Origin: Antedon mediterranea
Taxonomy: Eukaryota > Animalia > Echinodermata
Direction: 5' to 3'
DNA: 64,000 nucleotides
NCBI RefSeq assembly: GCF_964355755.1
Contig: NC_092671.1
Location: 14,880,001-14,944,000 of the forward strand
Below, piece after piece: positions 12,520-26,215 of this stretch; positions within the stretch are counted from its first letter, which is position 1, and each line of letters begins with the position of its first letter. Position numbers and translations under genes: made by a program. The notes below the pieces were generated by a model. The model saw only the letters and a list, made by a program, of their open reading frames with translations. It had not been told where the DNA came from and ran no database searches.

Positions 12520-13803
12520 ACCCGAAACCTTGAACTTATACCGGAATGGTGTCCGGTGGGGTTTCATTTTTTACCAACCCCGAAACCTTGAAATACCGGA
12601 AAGGTGTCCGGTGGGGTTTCATTTTTTACCAACCCCGAAACCAGTTCTAGAAATACCGGGATGGTGTCCGGCGGTGTTTATTTTTTTTGCCAATCCCGAA
12701 ACCATTTCTAGAAATACCGGGATGTTTTCCGGTGGTGTTTAGTTTTTTACCAACCCCGAAACCAGTTCTAGAAATACCGGGATGGTGTCCGGTGGTGTTT
12801 AGTTTTTTACCAATCCCGAAACCATTTCTAGAAATACCGGGATGTTTTCCGGTGGTGTTTAGTTTTTTACCAACCCCGAAACCAGTTCTAGAAATACCGG
12901 GATGGTGTCCGGTGTGGTTTCATTTTTTACCAACCCCGAAACCAGTTCTAGAAATACCGGGATGGTGTCCGGCGGTGTTTATTTTTTTGCCAATCCCGAA
13001 TCCAGTTCTAGAAATACCGGGATGTTTTCCGGCGGTGTTTAGTTTTTTACCAACCCTGAAACCAGTTCTAGAAATACCGGAATGTTTTCCGGTGGTGTTT
13101 AGTTTTTTACCAACCCCGAAACCAGTTCTAGAAATACCGGGATGGTGTCCGGTGTGGTTTCATTTTTTACCAACCCCGAAACCAGTTCTAGAAATACCGG
13201 GATGGTGTCCGGCGGTGTTTATTTTTTTGCCAATCCCGAATCCAGTTCTAGAAATACCGGGATGTTTTCCGGCGGTGTTTAGTTTTTTACCAACCCCGAA
13301 ACCAGTTCTAGAAATACCGGGATGGTGTCCGGCGGTGTTTATGTTTTTGCCAATCCCGAAACCATTTCTAGAAATACCGGGATGTTTTCCGGTGGTGTTT
13401 AGTTTTTTACCAACCCTGAAACCAGTTCTAGAAATACCGGGATGGTGTCCGGCGGTGTTTATTTTTTTGCCAATCCCGAAACCAGTTCTAAAAATACCGG
13501 GATGGTGTCCGGTGGTGTTTATTTTTTTACCAACCCCGAAACCAGTTCTAGAAATACCGGGATGGTGTCCGGCGGTGTTTAATTTTTTACCAACCCCGAA
13601 ACCAGTTCTAGAAATACCGGGATGTTTTCCGGTGGTGTTTAGTTTTTTACCAACCCTGAAACCAGTTCTAGAAATACCGGGATGGTGTCCGGCGGTGTTT
13701 ATTTTCTTGCCAATCCCGAAACCAGTTCTGAAAATACCGGGATGGTGTCCGGTGGTGTTTATTTTTTTACCAACCCCGAAACCAGTTCTAGAAATACCGG
13801 GAT
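12520..13803. repeat. 60-bp minisatellite, about 21 units
   Basis: Unit GATGGTGTCCGGTGGTGTTTAGTTTTTTACCAACCCCGAAACCAGTTCTAGAAATACCGG stays in exact register with the 60-nt display lines from 12721 to 13800. The first few units are degenerate. Confidence 0.97.
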
Positions 13804-16127
13804 GTATGTAATGGTTTCCGGCGGGGGATAGTTTCACCATGTAGTTTTAAGTTCTATTTATTTATTGTTAGCCAAACCCGTTCAATTCATTTCAATGTAA
13901 ATGTTTTTATATGTTTACAAAATAACAATAAATTTACTTACTTACTTACTTACATAGAACGGTCTGCTGATTTTGATTTTTTTTAGAATGACAGCATCCA
14001 GAAAAAAAATCATGTTTACTTTGTATATAGTGCGCCCTCCTTTAATCTCAGCCATGGATCTGAAGAGCTTCCAAAATAAAGAGTTACAATTGAACTGGCT
14101 CTCGACGGAACATCTTTTACCAAACTTGAAATATGTACCAGCCACCATGCTTAAACAACCAGGCTACCAATAGTCATACATTTAAGAAACAAGTGGTAAG
14201 TGTGTGTGTTTTATTTCAATACTTTATTTGAATAAGAGAATTTAGATATTTATTAAGTGGCAATCTTAAGATCTTAACAAATTATCATACAAAATTATAT
14301 ACTTTAGTCACATAAACGTACCATCAAATTATACGTCATCTGTTTTTGCTATCATAGTTTTAAAGTTCTTTTTGAAGTTTTTAAACATTGGCACTGATGA
14401 TCGATATATTGTTTGATTCAAAATGTGCTCATTAGCAGTGACGTACTCAATATTATAACCATTAGGCCTATTAAAAGGAGTAACCAACAGACATTGGACA
14501 CGTGTCATGGGATTTCATTGGCACTCTATGAGACTCTGAGACGGAAAATGATCAAAATAAATAAAAAGTAATACAACTCTTTTAATTACGGTAAAAATAT
14601 TAACTATGAACTTTACCATATTATTATTACCATTTTAAACAAATGTCCTTCCTTTTATTCAAGTAAACACTCTACTTGAATCAAAACAGGGAATCTTAAG
14701 CACTCCTTCTAGATAGATGTAGATTACCGATTTGATAAATGAAATAAAACATTTTAAAAGCAACGTCAAGTCTGCCGAATGTCTTAGATATGTATTTTTT
14801 CTGTGGGCCCATACTTGTAACACGATTAATACTGTAATTAACATGGAAATACAGACCTCCGAAGGATACTTTAAGCTTCCGTACTTCTACTGATGCGACT
14901 ATATTCTCTTTAAGTTTTAACACCACGCACATTATGATGTAATAATTCTTAGTCCACCTGGATTTAAGACACACCTGTGCTTTTTCTCAGTGTCGAGATG
15001 ACTACTTATGAAGCCATAATGTTACAGCTAAAATGCTGTTAAAATAAAATCAAGGTATTTAGGCTTGAAATAAGCCTTTATTTAATCGTATCTTAATATA
15101 TGATTTTTTTATTCCGTTTACTATCACGGAATCAATCGGATTCTACGGCATGGCGATTCCACACAGACCGGGCATAATAAATTAAATTGACGGTAAGAAA
15201 CGATACTCATTCGTCCACGAGGGAATTTGGTCATGTTGTAGAAGTGATATCATAAAAAAATATCCTATTAAATTTATGATTATTTGGCCACTATTATCAC
15301 TAAGCAAGACGTATGCAATTTACCATTGAACAACATTCAGAAATGGAATGTATAAAATAACAATGTGACGTGATCTTTGTTAATACATTACTGTTTTATG
15401 TTCGTACAAACAGTCACATTAATGATCCTAATATAATGTATTCATATCATTTAGATTCATAATTCCTATAGAGGCCTAATGTGAGACAACGTATAACACC
15501 TGAAATCAGCTATGAATTTTTTCGGCAAATGTTAATTGACCGATCGGTTAATGCATAGGTTACGAGTTCGCGCGCAGAGGGTTGGTGGTGAAATCTGTTC
15601 ATTATAGGGACATTATTATCCATTATAAGGGGTTTTTCTGTCGTCCATTAATAGGGCCTGAGGGAACATTTGTTGTCCGAAGGGTTAGTTTGGGGTAGGC
15701 CTATTCTCTCGGTTAATAAAATGGAAATGATATCGTTTTTAAAACAGTACTGTAACCTATACGATACGTATACGTACTCTAAAGTTAGGTTAGTATAAAT
15801 AGGCCCCTACGATTTCTGTTAAATATTTAGAATAAAATCACACTACCCGTAGGATATGTAGGCCTATACGTTTGTAAAGTGTTATTTCAAACATGTTGTT
15901 TCAAGAAAGTTTTAAGACCATGTGATACAGTACCAGCATGATACGATCGATGACTTATTATAATAATTACATTCTCATTTCGTTTGCAGATCAACTCTCC
16001 ATATTTTATATTGTTATAGACACACATGTGCTTCAGGAGAATCAGAATAACAAACATTGATGATCTTGAAATCGTGATTCGTTCGTATTATTGCTATCAT
16101 TCGTGCTATGGCAATGCTTGGTTCTCA

Positions 16128-16265
16128 GGACGTAACGACGCAAGGACGTACGTACGCGCAAAAAAGTGAGTTGACCAATCACAAGCGACAATTTGGATGG
16201 TTTATCTCGTCGTGTTTGGTCAAATTACTATTGCGTTGTGCCGTGACGTCATTGCGTGCGTCCTG
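16128..16265. mobile_element. Old palindromic MITE relic; related copies at ~4250-4340 and ~5060-5182
   Basis: Shared blocks ggacgta..acgcaa, aagtgagttgaccaat(c/a), tcgcttgtg/tcgtcgtg..tggtcaaat and tgcgttgcgtc in all three copies, with imperfect dyad symmetry. Confidence 0.55.
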
Positions 16266-16420
16266 CCAATAGATACATGAATGTGCGTATCATATCAAGC
16301 TGATGACGATTCCGAGTTTGAATATCGGTGAATATTTAAAGTTTTATCATTCCAAAATCTATCCCAAATGTCTTATTTAGCAAATGATTTATTAATGTTT
16401 TGTTTTTGTTTGTAGCCAAT

Positions 16421-16557
16421 ATGAACAGACATCAACGGTTGTCTATAATCTTCACGGTAGCTTGTTTGGTGTCCATGCCTTTCTATTTGCTATATATTAC
16501 AACCGTTATGCGTGTGTATAGCCCGACTAAATCGTACAACATGCTGCTACAAATGAG
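16421..16557 (+). CDS. Candidate alternative first coding exon (type II signal anchor) of Gal3ST paralog 2
   Basis: Acceptor tgtttttgtttgtag|ccaat ATG. Encodes MNRHQRLSIIFTVACLVSMPFYLLYITTVMRVYSPTKSYNMLLQM, a basic tail plus hydrophobic helix. Donor AG|gtagga at 16557 is phase 2, matching the acceptor at 24193. Confidence 0.6.
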
Positions 16558-19237
16558 GTAGGAACGGCTTTATTTAATTATCTACAGTACTTCTTTATAA
16601 AATTTGACTGATAATATTTCCAATCAATAAATTAGAATAAACAATATCGTATAAAAATGTGATACAGTTAGTGACAGTTAGGGTGGGTGTACATTGGCAG
16701 AGACGTGCGCGCGCGGCACGTTCATGATGGATGGTAAATGATGAGACCGCTTGGCTGTAAAAACGTGTACCGGTCGTGTAATATCCGGCAACAACACATT
16801 TGATTCTCAACCAACAAAGAATCAATATATATCTGCCAATAAAACAAAAAATATAGATATATTTCAAAATGGCAATATTGATTTAAACAGCAATTCAAAC
16901 CTACCGGTACGTTTTAATTAGGCCTACTGAATAACTTTATAATACTTGACTTTAACGTTCTGTCTGAATAATCTCGAGAGGTGAATGTTGATGTTGAATA
17001 TGTAAGTATGCAAATAAAATTGAATTATGAACAGGTTACCGCAAACAAAGTCTACATATCATAGTTATAATAAATACACAGAAATTGTATTCATCTCGGT
17101 AACTATTTATTTATATGATATCTCGTGCATGTTCAATATTCGCTAAAGCTTGTTCTCTATCCGAGAACACAACTTAATTAAGTCACAGTACGCAAATTAG
17201 CGCTGCGCGTACCGTCCTCTTTGCGTTGCGTAATATGTATGTAATATTAAGATTGACTTGGTTATTGGGAGCAGCCAGGAAAATAGTTGATCAAATCCAG
17301 TACAATTTAATGATAATAGTTGGAAAATGACGTCCTTAAGCACCATAATAATAAATCCAATTTTTACGTACACTAAAGAAATTGCTTTTGAAAATCTACT
17401 CTCGATTTATTACTTGACGATACCTTTTATGGTTATGTAGGTCTAAATGCCACATATCGGTTCTTTTACATTTTAACGGAAAGTGATTATCAACGTTATG
17501 TATTGCTTATTATTCACGTGCGATTTTATTAGACTTGGTAGACATATTATTTAAACTTTCATTCCGATGATAATTAAAGTCAGTCTTCATAGTATCATCT
17601 GAACACAGGAAATGGCATTTTCATTTCTCATGCCAATACACCTTTGCTGCCTGTGTGTTTCATATAAAATTAACTGGTTCACTCGTGTCGCATGGAAAAT
17701 AAGAGATACGGGCCACTCAACTACTATCGAGTAAAAAAAGTCATTTTGCGCACGCTCAGAAACATTTGAGCACCTTCTTTACTCGACAGATGCGTATACT
17801 GCAGTTGTCGTGAAAACAAAAAATCGATTTATTGTAAACAACCACACATATTTTTATATTGACTACATAGTACCTAGTATAGGGTTCGTATTAGTAAAAA
17901 GATAAATATTTTGGCACATATGGCGTTCCATAAGTATAAACTCGAAAACACAGTTTTAGACAACAAATCGGGGGGGGGGGGGGGGACTAACATAAAATAG
18001 ACAATAAGATTGATTCCATTAAAAAGGTTACGTTTAAATCGATTAACAATTATTTACTACCAAATAATTTTCATTTTTGTATTTGACAAATGTCAGAAAC
18101 AAAAATGACAGGAAACGAAAAAAAAAACCAAGTTTTTATTTATTTTCAGTTAGTTCTTTAATTGCAAATCGTCTTTACACCTTAACAATTTCAATCGATT
18201 TTTTTAACCGAAGGATGAGCTAAATTTAGCACTTCAATTTGTTTTTTTTATTACATTTTCAATCGATACCGGTATAATATAAGGTCTAATAGACATGTCA
18301 GGAAATAATTTATATTTTTTTCACATTCTAAATAATACTACATAATCTAAATAGAATCACAAGCGAATCGTTTATTCAGAAAATGTCAAAAAATAAAATC
18401 TTAAACATTTTACACAATCTATCTTAGAATGAATCGGAGTTAGACAGTATCGACTAATCACCAACTCACCAACCCATAACAAGATAATTTACTAAGGGAC
18501 GTATATACGTTTCAGTCACAGCTCAATAATTTAACGTCGTGTCCAATTTTACTATGGCAATTAATTGATAATCCTTTTAATTCATCCACATTCAATATAA
18601 ATTAAACATTATTATCAAATAAAATACTTTTCTGATTAAACTATAGTAGGCCTACCCTTGACGTATGCGGTTTGAAAGACTTTATGTACTACATTATTGA
18701 GTGCCATATGGGCCCAGTTATTGATTATATACAAAATACGTACGTCATAATAATGTTGAATAATGTTGAATTGCTGTTACACGTAAAAATGTTCTCTAGC
18801 AATAAACCTCTACTGTAGTTAGTATGCTATGTTAAAAAAAAGACACGAAATGGCTCCATGAATTTGTTGTATATGAAAATGACCGTTATGAGCTATTATA
18901 TATGTCGATTTCGACCAGGTGATCACATTCTACTTACAGTTTTCTACTTAAAATATAGAAATAACGGTCATTTATTCTGAAACACTTTATGTAAGACACT
19001 CTTAATATCGAAATACACTCTTAATGAACTGTTATAATTCGCACATCAAACAGAAAGAGTTTGTGAAGTATAACGTCACGGACCACTTCATCCTTTGGTC
19101 ACAGCAGTAATTAGGCCTTATGTTGTAATTAACCTAGAAATAACTAATTATGTTGCTAAACGATATTTATATTTAGAAAAAAAATGTTGATTTCCGATTT
19201 AATTTACCAAGCGTTGTGTATTCATAGTTTTCAATGA

Positions 19238-19490
19238 AGGTTCGTTTACACTTAGACGATAACGATCGACGATAAATAGATACGGTAAACATACATTTTT
19301 TTTACATAAAACAAAATAAATTGGAATCATCTATGCTGTCTTTGATAAAATTAATATTTAAACAAATCAAATGACGTCATGATAACAAAAACAAGTATTA
19401 TCACAATAGTATTGCTCTTACTAATCGTGACGTCATTTGTATGTTTATCTATTTATTGTCGATCGTTATCGTCCTAGTGTAAACGGACCT
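19238..19490. mobile_element. MITE with ~45-bp terminal inverted repeats (PIF/Harbinger-like ends)
   Basis: aggttcgtttacacttagacgataacgatcgacgataaatagata versus tatctatttattgtcgatcgttatcgtcctagtgtaaacggacct. There is also an inner inverted pair aaatgacgtca / tgacgtcattt. Confidence 0.8.
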
Positions 19491-22400
19491 TTAACCTTTT
19501 TTTAAATTTATTTATTTAACTTGATGATTGGCTGAATAATTACAATTAAATAAAGACCAGTAGTCACATGATGCTGACCGTCATCGATTGGATGTTTTCA
19601 CATTTTATTTTACATGTCTTGTGTGTAATCTTCTTTGGTGTGACGTAGAAGAACTTTATATCAACATATAAAGAAATCTGAATCGACTTGGAAAATTAAT
19701 TCGGGGGAAAACAATCGATTCTCTGATAAAACAAACGCTTGCTATCTTTTTTAGCGGGTGTCAACAATCTGAATGATAAATATTAAAAAGCGGTTAAATT
19801 AAAAAATAGATATATAAATGTAAAGATAATAATTCTTTACTCTGAGTAACATTCACTGCTAATATTGTGGCAAATGAATTATTCATAAGAAAGGTAAATG
19901 ATTACCGGTATAAAATAAAAAGAAAGCATTTTTAAATATTGATTCTACAAATTAGAGTTCTCAAAATGCATGATACGTGAAACAATACAGTCCTGGGAAT
20001 ATGCTTATTTTCGTAGTAAATTGTCTGCCGCTTGATCCACAGTTGTACACTGGTGTACGTCAGATATACTCATTCTGTATAAATAACAAACTCAACTTTC
20101 AACTCTAATCGTGGTAACTCGGGCTTGGAATTACTGTTTTCAGTAGGGAATACTTGTAATTAATGAGCTTTATCAGTCTCCTGGATTTAGGTGTTTTTTA
20201 TTAAGGAAATAGGGAATTGGCCATGAATCGTACAATTGTGATTTTTCATATTTCACTTTTAATAGTGAAATGTAAAATGATAAATATTAGGATGCCATGA
20301 TATATATATATTATGTAAACCCTATTATGGGATAGAGACAATGTGTTTCAAAGTACATTACCTTTTGTAAAAAGTCTGTACTTAAAATAAACATATAGAT
20401 GTAATTTGTCATCGTCATCATCACCATTATCAACATCATCAACATCATCATCATCAACCTCATCGTCGCTGTCGTCGTAATCAACATATTGTCATCATCT
20501 TCACATTACAGAAAGCAAGAATTATAATGATCATCTTCATTTTTATAAAAATATCCTAATAAATTCGGTCACTTCTCAATGGAGAAAAATGTAACTGTAA
20601 TCCAACTGTTAAACCTCTTAGACAGCAGCAGACGAAGAAATTCTTGAGATCCTCGTCCTCCCTTAACTGTTCAATAACTGGCGGAGGTTACACACACGCT
20701 TCATTTGCTACACCATCTTCACAGCTAACTAATGTTTTGCCTGATAATTTACTAGTCATTACACAAGAGACCTAGACGGCAGTATAGTTGATGTATTTAC
20801 AACTCCATTGTCGTTAGCAAAAACAACTTGGTAATTATACAGCAATGAACCGTTACTTTCTTTATCATAAACTCACAATTTACGAGATATTTTATGAATG
20901 TTTCATGAAAATTGTGCCTCATTTTTAAAAGAGACAGTTCAGTGCAACATTTAAGCCAGTGCACGGCCTGAAGTAGCTTCGATCGTACACTGAAGCATCA
21001 CCACTGCTTTGAATATTCTACTGCAGTAATACATATCAGCTGTTAGCCACAGTAATTCTAAATAGTAATATGTGTGCCATATAAATATATTTTGTTAAAA
21101 TGTTCACGGTATATTCCTCATGGACAGTAAGCTTTCACGACACGCAGTAAATAATTATGTGATCTGTGCGCAATTTTCTAAAAACACGCTTTTAATTATA
21201 TCTTCACGACCAGTATTCATTATTTTTATTTTATCTAATTTTGTTTGGAATTGCTAAATCTACTGTCGTCATATTTTCTTACCTGTCTCTGTTGTATTCA
21301 CGTACGTACTGTCGCAAAATTAACAACGAATCATCTATATGCACAAAAATGTCTTAAAATAGTTGTATAACGCTTTCACATTTTTTACAACTATGTCAAT
21401 AATAATGATGTTGGCCTATGTATAACTTTCGACGTGGATTTGCTGTATTTTCCCGACAGACAATCTAGCTACCGCGGCATTGTTTTAGCTCAGATACTTG
21501 TACTAATTAGTCTTGAAATCATATGGGGAATTGAGACTTTCAAGTGTCAAATTCTACAGACAATGTATCGCAGTGCCTTAAATTTATGAATAGCTCCTAT
21601 GTTGTATTAGAGAGATAGCTACTATTGATTAACTTAGCTAATATATGTGTAATTATAGTTTAGTAGATGGTTGAACCACCAAGTGCTAGACAAATAATAT
21701 TTTGGTTTAACAAAAAAAAAAATAACACGATGATTGATATAATGTTTAAATAACGTGATCATCAAGATAATGATTTAGGCCATACCTCATGAATTAATTT
21801 TAACATATTTATAACAAATGTAATTTGTATTTTTCATTAATTATTAGTTTACATCACCTTGTACGCAGAAGGTGGGTTTTCAAATGTGTTTTAAAAACTT
21901 CAATTGACTATCGAATAGAACGAGAAGTTTGTTTCGCCGAGCTGCAACTGAAGAGATAATAAAACAGTTCAGAAAATAGTTACAGCAACATAGAGACGGG
22001 CATGGTAATTAAGCAAGAAAAGAGAACCAAACAAATGCCATAATGTCAACCAAGCACCGACACAAGAAACAGGGGAAGACCAAAACGTAGAGGACGGTAC
22101 TTTTTTCCTGTATAAATATTTGTTTTTAAATAATTACCAACGTACGCAGGAAATGTAAACGTACCTCCTGGGCAAAGACAGTAAAGAAGAGGAACAATCT
22201 GAGACACGGGAAAGGCTTCAGCCAACAGAATGATGGAGCAATAAATAAATGTCGATAGCGCTGATGGATAACATGATATTGCTTTGTGCTTTCGACAAGT
22301 GCTTGGATTACTCCCATGATGGGAAAAGCCCTATCTACATCGCTTGAGAGATAGACCTGCTTTGTCTGTATTTTTTGGATATCGATTTTAACACTTGCAT

Positions 22401-22765
22401 TTCATCCGATGAAACCAACTTTTCAATCAATTGTTTGAGTTATTTTAAAAAAATTATTGATTCACGTTCACATATGGCTTTATATTGGATTAAATCAGAA
22501 TCGATCGCAGTGTTAGTGAAAGTAATTCGTTCATATGGGTTCAAAACCTGCCTAACTGACAGGTAGTGTGGGATAAACGTATGAGTATTCAATATGTTGT
22601 GGCTACATCTCTGAACCGAGACTAATCTTGTCAACAGTTTTCACAGTAATATTCAAATCTGTACGTGAAAGATCTATTGGTAAAATTTCATATATTAATT
22701 TACAAGAAAATGTGAACGTGATTTGTTATAATAATCGTACCAGGGGAACATAATCAACTAGAAAA

Positions 22766-25700
22766 ATGACTCGAATTCGACGGCTATACGTTGGTCTGAT
22801 TGGTTTGGTCTCTTTGTGTACCCTTTACCACGTATTTGGAATTGTCAGCAACGAATCTAAAATCAAAAAGGTGCAAAACCCGAATATGTAAGTTGATTCA
22901 TTATATCACTTTTATACGTTACGTTTTACGAGTTATAAGTTTTAATATCGCGAAATGATTAATTAAAAACGATAAATCTGAGAGAAGAATGAGGTTACAC
23001 TTTTTGTCAGGGAAGAGTGAGATAACACTCTATCTTATCTTCTTCGCATCCGATTTTTGTTGTTTTTCTGTCTTTTCATTTGGTAGCGGTAAGTTTTCAA
23101 ATTTGTTCATATTGTATATATAAAAACCGATGGTTGATGATAGTAGAAAATGGCGAATTGTCTAATGTTTTTATGAAGCAGCTCCGCTAAAATTGAGCCG
23201 ATTTTAGGCACTGTTGCTGTGGAAAAACATCCTTCTGATTCATTGTCTACATATACAAAAATCTATTTAATTGGTTAATTGATCACGTCGTTCGTTGTTT
23301 ATGGGAGAATCGACCAAGTGCAATCAGTTTATAGCTACAGGAAAAGTTAACTTTGGGATGTTATTTTTCTTTTGGCATTCTAATAATCGGATAGTTAGTT
23401 TGTGAATGAGTTGGTGAAAATTTTTCAATATTATTTTTCTTAACTTGTGATAGAAATTCTATTATTAACTTTTTTACAATACAATGAAATGTTTGTATGT
23501 AAGAAAGAGGAGCTGGAAAAATGTTTCTTCCTGTTTACGTAGGTCTACTAAAAGATATTACATGATTTTAGCAAACACATACATTGTGAAAACGGTTTAA
23601 ATATTTAAATATCAAGTTTTATGGGTTTCAACATAAATATCAATCACCGCGTTTATGATAATATTCATAATTATAAAATTGAGGTATACAACTTATAACA
23701 CATTATTATGTAGGCCAAATAAGATTTAGAACATGCCATCTCGTTAACATTATACGAGAAACAGATATTCACATTGTTATTACAGTATTATTGTCATTAT
23801 AAACAATGCGATACAATTTGCAATTACCCTCTATCCATCGTAAACTAAATGGTTTAAAATGTGTTATATGAGTTTATTATAACTATTGTCCTTACAGTAT
23901 TCATTTTCGTTGCATTTGAGATTAATATTTCTTATCATCATTATTGTTATCATGATCGTATCAACATCGTAATTATGGTTTAATTTTAATTAGTTTGTAG
24001 TCATCTTCTGTTTTTGGAATAGTTTTGGAATAGTTACCGAATCTCTGTCACAGAATCTACCACCATTATCAACATCTTCACAACAATCAGAACTATATGA
24101 TCATAATCTTTGACGTCATCATCATCACTGTTATCATAAACGACATCTTCCTTCCAATCAATTTTATTTAATAAATGTTTTGTGTTTTTCAGTGAGCCTT
24201 TGATGGCAAGCAGTGATGGCGCACTCCGGATTCAAGAACGAGAAGAATCTAGTTTTTCAGTGAAAAAACATGGTGGACTTAAACGAAATGATACACAGTT
24301 ACGAACATTTACCCAATATAATAAGTTACAACAAGTAAAAAATATGAAAAACATTAATTCAATAAATGTAGGCAAAAGTGTTCAAATTTCATCAAAAGAT
24401 GTAGATCGTAAAACCTCAAAGTCAATTTCACCTGGCGACGATTTGTACATGAAGTACCGTGGTATTGAGAAGCAACACAACCAACATGGTGATTGGAATT
24501 TACGACAGAAATTAAAAATTATAGAAGAACATAAGTTTCCAAAACACAATGATGCAACTAAAACCCGGTCTAACAATATCGATTTAACTGACAATCGCAA
24601 TCAAAACAAATTTATTGTACCTAAAAAACCCATAAATGAAATTGCAAAACCAAATGATAACAGTCCAAACATTCCAAGACATAGGGTGAATTTTGGTGAA
24701 ACAGAGTTGATTTCAGGATCAGAACAGAGTGACAATGATCCACCACTCCTACTACACATAGGAGACAATGAAGAGAATATTATATACAAAGATAATTTAA
24801 CACAAACTTGTAAACCAAAGAGAAATATTTGCTTTCTAAAAACACATAAATGCAGTAGTTCGACCATTCAGAATATATTATTTCGCTGGGGAGATGACCA
24901 CGACGTAACGTTTGTACTACCTCGAAGTAACAGACCGTATCTCGGTAGTCCTTCGTTATTTAATCGAGTGTTTGCTATGCCGTCTTTTGATGGAAAATAC
25001 AACATACTTGCAAATCATGCAAGATACAACAAACAAGGTGATTAATTCATTATAATTTACTGCATGTAAAGACACAGTGGCATAGTAGTCAGGGTTTAAA
25101 TAAGGTGCTTTTGAAACAAGTCTGTGTTCTCTTCATCATTTCTAGTGCTCAAGTTGGATGGCACACGTTACGCATAGGTTTATACATGCCTCTCCGTATT
25201 TTCAGTCCAATGTATGAAATTATAAGCTAAAGAGACATCCGAAAGGTGGACTAGTAAAATCACGCCAATTATTTTGGTTACATAAACCTATATAGGTGGT
25301 ATATCATTGTTTAATTATCAGCAACGTACAATATTTGTAAAAGTGTCATGGGTGTTATGCGAGGGCACACCCAACAGTGATGTCACACTAACCTTGCCTT
25401 ATGTGTACAAGTAAAAATAAATGTCCTTTTTTTTTTATCTTATAGGCATGTCATCGGTAATGCCAGGTGATTCGATTTACGTCACTGTTTTACGTGATCC
25501 TGCTAAACAATTTGAAAGCATTTACAATTATTATCGCTTGAACACACGTTTTAATCTAGACCTTACGCACTTTATCGATCAACCAATGAGGTACTTTCGG
25601 CGACAACAGGGGGCGCTTGTTAGCGGACGAAACCCAATGCTATTTGATCTTGGCTTTGACGCAGCCTATATAGAACCAGAAGACCGAAAGGTTGATGACT

Positions 25701-26215
25701 GGATTCAACAATTAGAGACAGATTTCCATCTCGTCCTTATTGCTGAATACTTTCAAGAATCCATGATTCTTTTGAAAAACGAACTATGTTGGGGATTGTC
25801 AGACGTCGTGTCTTTTAAGCAGAATCAACGCAGCAAATCTTCAGTACGAACAACCGATCCAGTGGTCGCCGACAAAATCCGACGTTGGAATGGAGCCGAC
25901 ATGAAATTATACAACCATTTCAATAAAACGTTATGGAAGAAAATAGAGGCTTATGGTATAGAAAGAATGAAAAATGAAGTAACATCGCTACAAAAGCTTA
26001 CCGAAGAATTTAAAAGGACATGCATTGGTTCTACGCGTGATTTTGGAGATCCTCGGATGTGGTACCCAAGTGGGGTTAGAGTAAAGAGTTACGTAATTAA
26101 TCCAGACGCAAAGGATAATCGAATCTGCTCACAATTAACTAGGCCTGAATTATCTTACATCAGTTTATTACGCAAAAAACTTATTAATAAAAACATTAAA
26201 CATGCAAGCAGATGA
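22766..26215 (+). CDS. Galactose-3-O-sulfotransferase family, paralog 2; join(22766..22887,24193..25037,25446..26215), 578 aa
   Basis: Exon 1 MTRIRRLYVGLIGLVSLCTLYHVFGIV (signal anchor), donor AT|gtaagt phase 2. Exon 2 has a long stem region, FLKTHKCSSSTIQNILFRWG and HARYN, with a phase-1 donor at 25037. Exon 3 has VLRDP..QFES, RNPMLFDLG, FHLVLIAEYFQESMILLK and WNGADMKLYNHFNKTLW. All junctions are GT-AG and in frame. Confidence 0.92.

Noticed and set aside
12520-13803. CRISPR-like array
   Set aside because: Units are contiguous 60-mers with no unique spacers, there are no cas genes, and the context is eukaryotic.
12687-13840. 374-aa and 226-aa ORFs
   Set aside because: By-products of a stop-free 60-nt repeat; non-ATG or chance starts and no convincing splice context.
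20400-21060. Coding-looking stretch after a (CAT/CGT)n tract
   Set aside because: The minus-strand frames I translated are interrupted by stops and gave no recognisable protein; the repeat is a degenerate trinucleotide microsatellite.
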